This document shows positions 21,372 to 29,926 of a stretch of 64,000 nucleotides of DNA, in pieces. The DNA lies in NCBI GenBank assembly GCA_035603235.1, contig DATNKU010000032.1, positions 2,249-66,248 of the forward strand, written 5' to 3'. This DNA comes from Candidatus Cybelea sp. Lineage in GTDB: Bacteria; Acidobacteriota; Terriglobia; Acidiferrales; UBA7541. A program made the position numbers and the translations under genes. Each line of letters begins with the position of its first letter. Position 1 is the first letter of the stretch. The notes below the pieces were generated by a model, which saw only the letters and a program-made list of their open reading frames with translations, was not told the origin of the DNA and ran no database searches.

Positions 21372-21716
21372 TCAGTGCGGATGGATGAAGCGCATGATCT
21401 CGCGCACGATGTCGGCAAGAAACGGCCACAGAATGCCCAGGGCGCCAAGAATAGCGGCGAGCGTACGCTTGGAAACCGCCGCCTTGGGAAGGCTCGCCGC
21501 TCCCGGCCGGTGGATTGCGCAAAACCCGCCCTCGAGTGCGCGACGATTGCAACGCTGGCCGCTTGGCCCCAAATAAAGACAGGGGCCTTGGTCTGCTTCG
21601 CCCGGTGGTGAGGACAGGGTGCGAAATTCCAGCGTTTCATCGGCGCCGGGCGCAGCCGAAGGTTCATCGAATGTGCCCTTTGCGGGGTTTTCGGCGTCCA
21701 TACCGTTCGACCTCAA
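21372..21716 (-). CDS. hypothetical small protein: Cys/His cluster plus a C-terminal TM helix
   Basis: Only one of three overlapping ORFs has protein-like composition. It carries CLYLGPSGQRCNRRALEGGFCAIH followed by the hydrophobic helix LAAILGALGILWPFLADIV. It is co-oriented 63 nt upstream of fabI. Start is TTG at 21716 or ATG at 21701. Confidence 0.4.
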   Translation of the reverse strand: MRSNGMDAENPAKGTFDEPSAAPGADETLEFRTLSSPPGEADQGPCLYLGPSGQRCNRRALEGGFCAIHRPGAASLPKAAVSKRTLAAILGALGILWPFLADIVREIMRFIHPH

Positions 21717-21830
21717 GGCGTGACTTCGCAGGCCCGGTCCCGACTCCGTACAGTAACACTTACGCGCCGTTCCATTGCGCCTGGCTTCACGCCTCAGCTA
21801 AAGTAAAAGCTCGCTCCCGTCTAGCCTACG

Positions 21831-24332
21831 ATGCCGGAAACACACATCGTGACCACGTCAGTCCACCCTGCGCGGATGAAGCTTGAGCCCTACACCGCTG
21901 AGATCCGGCTGACCAACCTGACCCTCGGGATCGACAACATCCATTATGACGTTTTCCTCAGCCCTCGCTTTGTCGAATTCACGCGCAAGTACCTGGGAGA
22001 GCTGGTCCGCCAGGCCGTGAATGTCAACGTGCTGTATGGAAAGGACAAGGACCGCAAGCAACCGAGCTCGCCCGAGCATGCCGCGTTTCGCAAAATGCTG
22101 ACCGAGATTCTGCAGGAGTCGGTAACCAGGGCGAAATTCCTGCAATCAGTTGAAACCGACGTCCTCCACCACCTGGCTTTGCTGAAATTTATCAGTCAGG
22201 AAACCGGCAACCAGTTCTCAAGCATTCTGGTCGAGGGCAAGGACTGGATCCGCGGGCGAGGCGAGCTGTTTGAGCACAGCGAGCAGGCGCACGTCATGCG
22301 TTCCAGAATCGCCGAACTTCAGGCGGACCGCAAGAACGTGATCCGGCAGGTAGGCGAGACGCTCTGCCGAATCTGGCGCGAGGCAGAAGAAGGTACGATC
22401 TCAAAGACCAGGCGCGCTCTTTTCGGCGACGACTTTCCTGAGGCCTATCCGCTGCTGCAGAACCGGTTCCTGTTCGTTGAGGGCGGTAACGACGACCAGT
22501 TTTTCCTCGAACACTACGTCCTGCTCGGCAATTTCGTGAACGATCCGGACCGCTTCGAGACTTTTGACGCGCTGCTTCTGGATTTCGTGCGCGACTATGT
22601 GCTCGCTGGCGACAGCGCCGAAGAACTGTCTAAGGCCCGCAATGTACATGAGCGCCTCCTCGAACAGGCACGTCTGCTCAGGTCCGAGCACGCGCGCGTC
22701 GAAGCGGAGCTTGAGGAAGCCACCTCCCGCGCCGGAGACGGCGACCGCTCGTTCCCGTCGCTTTTCAAGCGCAAATCGGCCACCACGGCCGAGTCGCAGG
22801 GCGAGATGGATGACCTGCGACGGAAATCTGCTTCGCTTGATAAAAAGCTCGAGGATCTCGACCCTCAGATTGTGGCCGCAAAACAGCGCCTGGAATTCCT
22901 GACCGAAGAGCTGCAAAACCGCTTGGGCGACTACCTGAACCAGCCAGCCAACGCCCATCGGCTCTTTGACACGCAGGCTGTGCCTGGCGACGCCCCCTCA
23001 GCCGACGACTCAACCGCCGATACGCGCGCGAAGCTGCTCGAGGAATGGGTTCACAGGCTCGAGGAGCGCGACCTGCTGTTTCACGTTCTCGCCAGCTACG
23101 AAATGCGCAAGATTTCAGCGGACTACTGCCCACCGGTCCACTTGCAGCAACTGAAGAAGGCGCTGGTGCAGCGCGAAGAGACCAAGCGGGTGGCCCAAAT
23201 ACTGGAAAAGTTCCCGGCCCGCAAGGTCTCGATGAAGAAGCTCGAGGAAGCTTGCCGCTCGATCCGCCGCCGTACAACCGAAGAGACCTTGAGCGTGGGC
23301 CTTCAATTCGCCGAGGATCTCATGCGCCTGCGGCGCGACCGCCGCAATTACCAGCAGGTCACCGCCTGGATGGAGCGCATCAACCTGGTTCATTCCGAGC
23401 GTGCCCGGGAGCTTTCGCGATCGAACAAAAGTCTCTACGAATTCCTGCACCCGGACGAAAACCGGCCGGCAGACGACCCGGTGATCAATCACGTCGTCAT
23501 CAAGGCCGATGTCCGGGGCTCGACCAGCATGACCAAGGACTTGCTTGCGCGGGGCATGAATCCGGCTTCGCATTTCAGCATGAACCTGCACGAACCGGTA
23601 AAGCGGATGCTTGAGCGCTACGGGGCCGCCAAGGTCTTTATCGAAGGCGATGCCATCATCCTTGCGATCTATGAAACCGAATCGACCCGCGCAACCCGCC
23701 GGGCCGTCGCACGCGCCTGCGTGCTAGCACGCGAGATTCTGGCTGTCATGGCTGCCTACAACATCCGCGCCAAGTCCGCCGACCTTCCGCCCCTTGAACT
23801 GGGTGTGGGAGTCGCGTTTCAGGATTCCGCTCCTTCGCTCTGGGAAGACGCCGATTCCAAGATCATGATTTCTCGCGCCCTGAATCTTTCTGACCGGCTG
23901 TCGAGCTGCGCCAAAATGGCGAAACGCCTGTTTCAGACCAATCCCTCGCCGTTCAACATTTTCCTGCTCCAGACGCTGATGGATGACGCCGCCGACGATG
24001 AAAGCGAAGAGCTGCTGGTACGCTACAACCTCAACGGAATCGTGCTGAACGAGGAGGGTTTCCAGAAACTCAGCGCCGAAATTGCGCTTTCGCCCATGGG
24101 CGGCAATTTCCCGATGCCCTGGGGCAAGGAGCGCGCACAGCTCTATTTCGGGGAAGTCCCGCTGGGGGAATCGATTGAGCCGATCGTGGTGCGCAAGGGA
24201 TTCGTCCGCCAACTGCTGCCCGGCGGAAAGATCGGCGCGCAGGGCACGCGCGCCTACTACGAAGTCTGCACCGATGCCAAGCTGCTCGACCTGGCTCGCA
24301 AGAAATTTGCCGCGGCCTCGCCGAAAGGCTGA
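21831..24332 (+). CDS. large soluble protein with a C-terminal divergent class III nucleotidyl cyclase-like domain
   Basis: 833 aa. Residues about 552-700 carry VIKADVRGSTSM, AKVFIEGDAIILAIY, LELGVGVAF and ISRALNLSDRL, which correspond to the metal-Asp, Lys/Asp, G-x-G and Asn/Arg blocks of cyclase homology domains. The N-terminal about 550 aa are helical and charged with no recognised domain. Confidence 0.75.
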   Translation: MPETHIVTTSVHPARMKLEPYTAEIRLTNLTLGIDNIHYDVFLSPRFVEFTRKYLGELVRQAVNVNVLYGKDKDRKQPSSPEHAAFRKMLTEILQESVTRAKFLQSVETDVLHHLALLKFISQETGNQFSSILVEGKDWIRGRGELFEHSEQAHVMRSRIAELQADRKNVIRQVGETLCRIWREAEEGTISKTRRALFGDDFPEAYPLLQNRFLFVEGGNDDQFFLEHYVLLGNFVNDPDRFETFDALLLDFVRDYVLAGDSAEELSKARNVHERLLEQARLLRSEHARVEAELEEATSRAGDGDRSFPSLFKRKSATTAESQGEMDDLRRKSASLDKKLEDLDPQIVAAKQRLEFLTEELQNRLGDYLNQPANAHRLFDTQAVPGDAPSADDSTADTRAKLLEEWVHRLEERDLLFHVLASYEMRKISADYCPPVHLQQLKKALVQREETKRVAQILEKFPARKVSMKKLEEACRSIRRRTTEETLSVGLQFAEDLMRLRRDRRNYQQVTAWMERINLVHSERARELSRSNKSLYEFLHPDENRPADDPVINHVVIKADVRGSTSMTKDLLARGMNPASHFSMNLHEPVKRMLERYGAAKVFIEGDAIILAIYETESTRATRRAVARACVLAREILAVMAAYNIRAKSADLPPLELGVGVAFQDSAPSLWEDADSKIMISRALNLSDRLSSCAKMAKRLFQTNPSPFNIFLLQTLMDDAADDESEELLVRYNLNGIVLNEEGFQKLSAEIALSPMGGNFPMPWGKERAQLYFGEVPLGESIEPIVVRKGFVRQLLPGGKIGAQGTRAYYEVCTDAKLLDLARKKFAAASPKG

Positions 24333-24560
24333 CAGCCCTGCTGTCGGATGCGATTTGGGTTTACAATCCTGACGCGAATCCATGGCACGAAAAAAGAAAT
24401 CGAAGTGGAAGGTATCAACGGAAGCGCGCCGTCGCGCTCGCCTCGGCGCCGGTCTGCCGCCACCCGGCAGAACCATACCCAACAAGCGAGACAAGCCCCC
24501 GAAATACAAGAAACGACTCGTGGACCCTACTGTCGAGGAGTAATTCCGGCTGCCTTCGAC

Positions 24561-25832
24561 CTAGTGGATATTGCGGGTCTTGCGTCCCACGTAGTCCATC
24601 AGCAGATACTGACCCAGTGTGTAAGGCGTGGTGAAGTAGGCTTTGCCGCGGCAAAGTTCGGTGACTTTCTGCACGAACTGCACCAGGCTGTAGTCGCTTG
24701 CGAGCATGAACGTGTTGATCAGGACTCCGGCGCGCTTGCACTTGGCGACTTCTTCCATGGTCTGCGTGACGACCAGCGGATCCAGGCCAAACGCGTTCTT
24801 GTAAATCCGACCGTCCTCAAGCGTCAGCGCAGAAGGTTTTCCGTCGGTGATCATGATGATCTGGCGCATGTCCTTCTTCTGGCGGGACAGAATCCGCTGG
24901 GCGAGCCGCAGGCCTTCCCGAGTGTTCGTGTAATACGGACCAACTTGTACGCGGGCGAGCTTGCCGATCGGAATCTCCTCGGCGCTGTCGTGAAATAGCA
25001 CGCAGTGCAGGGAATCGCCCGGATACTGCGTCCGGATCAGGTGCGAGAGCGCCAGCGCCACGCGCTTGGCCGGCGTGAACCGGTCCTCGCCATACAGGAT
25101 CATGCTGTGGCTGCAATCCAGCATCAGCACCGTCGCGCAGGAGCTTTGGTATTCGCACTGGTGGACCATCAGGTCCGGATAATCCAGCTCAATTGGGAGC
25201 GTCGCGCCGTTGCGCTGGACAGCGTTAAAAAGCGTCCCGCTGATGTCCATGTTCAGGGTGTCGCCGAACTCGTAGGGTTTTGAGCTTCCACCGGACTCAA
25301 CCCCGGTTGCAAGGTCTCGCGTGTCGTGACGGCCGAAGCTGCTCTTGCCGAGCGAGGCGAGCAAGTCTTTCAGCGTCTTGAAGCCCAGGAAGTCCAGCGC
25401 CTTGTCGGTGATTTCAAAGCGGGCCTCAACATTGGGCTGGTCGCGGCCAATCTGCCCTCCAGGCGTCTCAGAAGGCGGAGGAGTGACCCGCGCTGACTGC
25501 TGCTGGGTAATCAGACCTTCTTCTTCCATGCGCTCAAGGATCTGATCGATCAGGTCGCGGAGTTCCTGGTTTTGGGAGAGGTCGGGATTCTGCTGCAGCT
25601 TTTCGAGCAGCTCAGGCGGAATCAGGTCGCCTTCCTGCAGGGCCCGCAGAATCGCTTCCCGCAGCTGGTCCATGTGCTGCTCGCGCGAGCGCTCAAGGTC
25701 AAGCTCGTGGAAGCCGTACTGCGATTCAAAGCCGCTCTGCAGGAAGAAATCCGAGAGCCGGTTCATGAGCTCCTGCAGATCGATGTCGTCTGCTGCGCCC
25801 GGCGCGTACCGCGAATATTTTGTGTATTTCAT
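24561..25832 (-). CDS. von Willebrand factor A (vWA) domain protein, partner of the upstream AAA+ ATPase
   Basis: Track ORF trimmed to MKYTKYSRY (ATG at 25832, 22 nt after the ATPase stop). The MIDAS motif is in [10 protein letters not shown], followed by [10 protein letters not shown]. Confidence 0.85.
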   Translation of the reverse strand: MKYTKYSRYAPGAADDIDLQELMNRLSDFFLQSGFESQYGFHELDLERSREQHMDQLREAILRALQEGDLIPPELLEKLQQNPDLSQNQELRDLIDQILERMEEEGLITQQQSARVTPPPSETPGGQIGRDQPNVEARFEITDKALDFLGFKTLKDLLASLGKSSFGRHDTRDLATGVESGGSSKPYEFGDTLNMDISGTLFNAVQRNGATLPIELDYPDLMVHQCEYQSSCATVLMLDCSHSMILYGEDRFTPAKRVALALSHLIRTQYPGDSLHCVLFHDSAEEIPIGKLARVQVGPYYTNTREGLRLAQRILSRQKKDMRQIIMITDGKPSALTLEDGRIYKNAFGLDPLVVTQTMEEVAKCKRAGVLINTFMLASDYSLVQFVQKVTELCRGKAYFTTPYTLGQYLLMDYVGRKTRNIH

Positions 25833-25854
25833 CTGCGTCTGTCTTCGCCGCTCA

Positions 25855-27342
25855 TCAGTTGAACTGACGCCTGGGCATGCGGCCGGAAGGCTCGCGCGGT
25901 TCACGCGGCTCAGGCGTCTTGCGCGTCTCCGCAAAGAACCCGCGCTCTTCGCTGCGGTTCACGCGCTTATGCGCCCAGAGCCCTTCAAGAATGAACTCGG
26001 CAGCGCTTGACTGGAGGGCCGCATCGTCCTTCGAGCGCACTCCCAGAACCTCCAGGTGCTCGAACAGACCCTGGATCTTCTTCAGCTGGTTCAGCAGCTC
26101 CGTGCTTGCGGCGTTGGCCGGGACCTTCAGTTCGCCGCCGATTTCAAACCACTGCACGACCGCCTGAAAGTTCACGTCCCTGAAATATTTGGTGAAAGTT
26201 TTCCCGACCGCCGCGCGAATCAGCTCCCGCGCAATGTTGTCGGCGCCGCGCATCTCGCCCTCGTACTCGAGCTCGAACTTGCCGGTCATCGAGGGGATGG
26301 CGGCATAGACGTCGGCTACGCGCGCAACCACGGCGGAGTCACGGCTGCGCACCGCGCGCTGTTCCGCGCTGCTAAGCACGTTTTCAAGCGTGCTGATCGG
26401 AAGGCGCTGGCTCACGCCCGACCGGCGGTCCACACGCTTGTCCTCGCGCGCCTGAAATGCTACTTCCTCGACGATCTCGCGAACGTAGTCCGGAACCTGG
26501 ACCCGGCGCTTGCCTTCGCGATTGGTCCAGGATTCCTGCGCAGTGATAGCCATACCCTCGGCAAGCGTCGCCGGGTAGTGCGTACGAATCTCCGAACCCA
26601 CGCGGTCTTTCAGCGGAGTGATGATTTTTCCCCGCGCCGTGTAATCCTCGGGATTTGCCGTGAAGACCAGCAACACGTCCAGCGCCATCCGCACCGGATA
26701 CCCCTTAATCTGGATGTCGCCTTCCTGCATGATGTTGAACAAACCGACCTGAATTTTTCCCGCCAGATCCGGGAGCTCGTTGATGGCAAATATCCCGCGG
26801 TTGGCGCGGGGCAGCAGCCCGTAGTGGATCGTCAGCTCGTCTGAGAGATTTCGGCCCCCGCGTGCGGCCTTGATCGGGTCCACGTCTCCGATCATGTCCG
26901 CAATCGTCACGTCGGGCGTCGCAAGTTTTTCGACGTATCGCTGCTCGCGCCCAAGCCAGGAGATCGGCGTCGCATCGCCCTCTGCGGCGATTCGTTCGCG
27001 GCAGGCGCGGCAGATCGGGCGATACGGGTTGTCATTGATCTCGCAGCCGGCTACCACCGGAATCTGGGCATCGAGAAAACCCACCAGGCCGCGCAGAATC
27101 CGCGACTTGGCCTGTCCTCGCAAGCCGAGCAGTATGAAATGATGTCTCGAGAGCACGGCATTGGTGATCTGCGGTATCACCGTGTCGTCGTAGCCGTGGA
27201 CGCCTGAGAAGATCGGTTCGCCCTTTTCGAGCCTCTGCAGTAGATTCTCGCGAAGTTCCTGGCGGACGGTACGCGAGCCGAACTTGTCTTCCGACCAGGG
27301 ACTGCGGCGAAGCTCGCCCAGATTTTTCGGTTGTGGACTCAT
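25855..27342 (-). CDS. MoxR/ChlI-clade AAA+ ATPase
   Basis: 495 aa. Walker A GLRGQAKS (res 73-80) and a Walker B-like block RANRGIFAINELPDL that aligns to the chelatase-I block RANRG..hhDE but with Asn-Glu. VLLVFTANPEDY sensor-1 region. Confidence 0.85.
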   Translation of the reverse strand: MSPQPKNLGELRRSPWSEDKFGSRTVRQELRENLLQRLEKGEPIFSGVHGYDDTVIPQITNAVLSRHHFILLGLRGQAKSRILRGLVGFLDAQIPVVAGCEINDNPYRPICRACRERIAAEGDATPISWLGREQRYVEKLATPDVTIADMIGDVDPIKAARGGRNLSDELTIHYGLLPRANRGIFAINELPDLAGKIQVGLFNIMQEGDIQIKGYPVRMALDVLLVFTANPEDYTARGKIITPLKDRVGSEIRTHYPATLAEGMAITAQESWTNREGKRRVQVPDYVREIVEEVAFQAREDKRVDRRSGVSQRLPISTLENVLSSAEQRAVRSRDSAVVARVADVYAAIPSMTGKFELEYEGEMRGADNIARELIRAAVGKTFTKYFRDVNFQAVVQWFEIGGELKVPANAASTELLNQLKKIQGLFEHLEVLGVRSKDDAALQSSAAEFILEGLWAHKRVNRSEERGFFAETRKTPEPREPREPSGRMPRRQFN

Positions 27343-27480
27343 TCAGTCACCAGTTCCTCGTGAGGGTGAGAAGCGCGATCACCTTCCATGCGACCTCGAC
27401 AGTATAATGGAACGCAACGCACAGGCATAATTTGGATTGGTCGACGGGCAAGAGCGTTGCCCGGCTTCGTGGCAACGGGT

Positions 27481-28104
27481 TCAGTTCAGGGTATGGCCAT
27501 TGCCGCCGGCACGCTCGCGAACGCGCTCAAGCGCCACGAGTTTTGGCAGGAATCTCTCCATCCAGCGAAGCACGGACTCGCGCCGCGCGTGCTGCGAACG
27601 CATCTCAAGCAGCGCCTGCTTCCTTTCAAGCTCCATCGGCAGGAGCGCCGCCATGCGGTATGCCAGAGTTCCAGGCTCATGTTCGGAGGAGTCCGCCCAC
27701 GGTTGTTTGAAAAGAAGCGTGTGGCATCTCTCGAAGATCTGGATAAGTTGTGCATCCTGATCGAGATCGGCCGTCTGAGGCGCATCCGTCAGATATTCAA
27801 CTGTCCCCTCGTAGTATTCCTTCTCATCCAGCAGTTCCGTCAGGTGAAAGGCCAGCCTGCCCTTGGTGAGAATATCCATTCGCCCGTCGGGATAGTCTCT
27901 GATCTTCTCGACAATCTCGGCAGTGCACCCGACCCCGGCGATCGACTCACCCGTCGCGAGAATCATGCCAAATTCCAGTCGTTCCTCGAGGCAGTGCCGG
28001 ACCATCAGCTTGTAGCGCGGCTCGAAAATGTGGAGGGGGAGTTCGGCGCCCGGCAGAAGCACTAGATCGAGCGGAAACAGGGGAATGCGGCTTGGTCTCT
28101 GCAT
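27481..28104 (-). CDS. LON N-terminal (substrate-binding, PUA-like) domain-only protein
   Basis: Track ORF trimmed to MQRPSRIPLFPLDLVLLPGAELPLHIFEPRYKLM, the canonical start of the Lon N-domain. At 207 aa it has no AAA+ or protease part. Confidence 0.8.
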   Translation of the reverse strand: MQRPSRIPLFPLDLVLLPGAELPLHIFEPRYKLMVRHCLEERLEFGMILATGESIAGVGCTAEIVEKIRDYPDGRMDILTKGRLAFHLTELLDEKEYYEGTVEYLTDAPQTADLDQDAQLIQIFERCHTLLFKQPWADSSEHEPGTLAYRMAALLPMELERKQALLEMRSQHARRESVLRWMERFLPKLVALERVRERAGGNGHTLN

Positions 28105-28132
28105 TGATTGCTGTCTCGACTGCGATGCGGGA

Positions 28133-28456
28133 TCAGCCCAGAAGCGAGAGCGCCGCCTGCATTTCGTCCCGCGCGTGCATATCTCCGGCCTTTTGTGCGA
28201 CGACGATACCGTCGGACAACAGTTTCCGCGCCTCATCGAGCTGCCCGAGACGCGACAGGAGCTGGCCGAACTGGAAATATCCCGCGGAATAACCGGGATT
28301 GGCCACCAGGAGCTCGCGGAAGTGGCCGGCTGCGGCCGAATCATCCCCCAGCTTCACGCACTCAAGCGCCAGTCCGTATCTCGCAAAGGCGTCGGCCGGT
28401 TTCTGGGCAACGAATTGTTCAAGCAGCTCTCGGCGGGTCTTCTGTAGGTTGGGCAT
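28133..28456 (-). CDS. small tetratricopeptide-repeat protein
   Basis: Track ORF trimmed to MPNLQKTRRELL (ATG at 28456). 107 aa with about three TPR-like A/Y/G-patterned helical pairs (ARYGLALECVKLGD, AGYFQFGQLLSRLGQLDEA). Confidence 0.6.
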   Translation of the reverse strand: MPNLQKTRRELLEQFVAQKPADAFARYGLALECVKLGDDSAAAGHFRELLVANPGYSAGYFQFGQLLSRLGQLDEARKLLSDGIVVAQKAGDMHARDEMQAALSLLG

Positions 28457-28527
28457 GACGGAATCACGAGCATTATAGCGGGGTTGGGCCCGAGTGCAAG
28501 CACCGGGCACCTCGTCACGCGAGGCGC

Positions 28528-29910
28528 TTACGCGGATTTCGTGATGCCCCCGCGCAAATAGGCTCGCACAGACTCTGCGGCCTGCGAGCCAGTATCGACG
28601 CATTTGCCAATCGATGGGCCCTCCAGGTAGTTGCCCACAAAATACAGGCCCGGAATCGCGCGCTCGGTTTCTCGGACCACCTCGACATTGTGGCCGTGGC
28701 CAAGGTTATATTGCGGCAACGCCTTGGGATGCTTCCAGACGCGTGAAACGATGGGCTGTCCGGTAATTCCGAGAATCCGCGCGTTTTCATCCTGGACGAT
28801 CGCAAGGATTTCTTCGTCGCTCTTCTCGACGATCTCCGGGTCGGTCGCACCGCCCACAAAACTCGTCAGCGTAGTGCGCCCTTCACCACTCCGATCCGGA
28901 AACAGCGAAGAATTCCATACGATGCCGAGCGTGCGAAACTTCTCGGCCCTTGGGATGAGAACCCCGAAGCCGTTCATGACGGTGCCGACCTGCTTCGCGT
29001 GATACCCCGCGCCAACCACAGCCATCCCGGCATAGGCGATTCCCGATAGCGTGCGTGCGAGCGGCGCCGATAGCGTCGCGACCAGGTGGGACGCGGTGTA
29101 AGCAGGAGTCGCAATCACCACGGCGCGCGCATCGATTGTTTCGGTGTGTCCTTTTTGCGTGAAACGAATCTGATATCCGGCGTCGCGGCCCCCTCCGACT
29201 ACCGATTCTACGCACGCACCCAGCCTGACACTTTCACCCAGCTTTGCAGCCATGGTTTGCGTGAGCATCGCCATGCCGTGATGGAACGAGCAGAGCGGAG
29301 GCCGGGCTTGCCCCGCGCCTTTCGCGGGCCGGGATTTCATAGCCCCTCGCAGGACGCTGCCGTAGGTGCGCTCCCATTCATCGAGCGGCGGAAATGCGGC
29401 CCGCAGGCTCAGTTTCTCCGGATCGCCCGCGTATACGCCGGAAACGAACGGCGAGACCAGATACTCCAGAATCTCGTGGCCGAACTTGCGCCGCACGAAC
29501 TGCGCGACCGACTCTTCCTCGGTCGGCGGCTTAGTCTTCCGCAGGGCCTCGGTCGCAAGTTTCCACCGCGATCCCATACCCAACAGGGAACTGCGCAACA
29601 TCCCGTGCGGCGAGATGGGAAGCTCGCGCAGCCGCCCCTGGCGCACGATGTATCTCGGCGCACGCGGATCAGCCTGGCAGAGATCGACCTCCAGTCCCAG
29701 CTCCCTGATCAGATCCAGGAGCGAATCGGTGCCCTGAAAACTCTGCGGTCCGGTTTCGAACAGAAACCCATCCTGCTCGACCGTGCCAATCAGACCACCG
29801 ACATGATCATCGGCCTCGAGCAGCGCGACCGGCACGCCCAGCTGCCAAAACCGGTACGCGCAGGAAAGCCCGGAGATTCCGCCGCCGATTACGACAACTT
29901 GAGGATTCAT
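28528..29910 (-). CDS. hemY: protoporphyrinogen oxidase, FAD-dependent (HemY/PgoX type)
   Basis: Track ORF trimmed to MNPQVVVIGGGISGLSCAY (FAD GxGxxG). 460 aa with a C-terminal GLYFVGNY..GPSIGKCV block. The alternative assignment as coproporphyrinogen oxidase (CgoX) cannot be excluded by eye. Confidence 0.85.
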   Translation of the reverse strand: MNPQVVVIGGGISGLSCAYRFWQLGVPVALLEADDHVGGLIGTVEQDGFLFETGPQSFQGTDSLLDLIRELGLEVDLCQADPRAPRYIVRQGRLRELPISPHGMLRSSLLGMGSRWKLATEALRKTKPPTEEESVAQFVRRKFGHEILEYLVSPFVSGVYAGDPEKLSLRAAFPPLDEWERTYGSVLRGAMKSRPAKGAGQARPPLCSFHHGMAMLTQTMAAKLGESVRLGACVESVVGGGRDAGYQIRFTQKGHTETIDARAVVIATPAYTASHLVATLSAPLARTLSGIAYAGMAVVGAGYHAKQVGTVMNGFGVLIPRAEKFRTLGIVWNSSLFPDRSGEGRTTLTSFVGGATDPEIVEKSDEEILAIVQDENARILGITGQPIVSRVWKHPKALPQYNLGHGHNVEVVRETERAIPGLYFVGNYLEGPSIGKCVDTGSQAAESVRAYLRGGITKSA

Positions 29911-29926
29911 GGAGTAATCCGGATGC

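Noticed and set aside
21831-24543. Cyclase-like gene as the sensor of a Pycsar/CBASS-type anti-phage signalling system
   Set aside because: No effector gene is adjacent: there is no cNMP-binding TM/TIR, patatin, endonuclease or SAVED protein. The only downstream ORF is a 53-aa basic peptide, and the flanking genes are housekeeping (fabI) or convergent. Nothing indicates a mobile or defence-island context.
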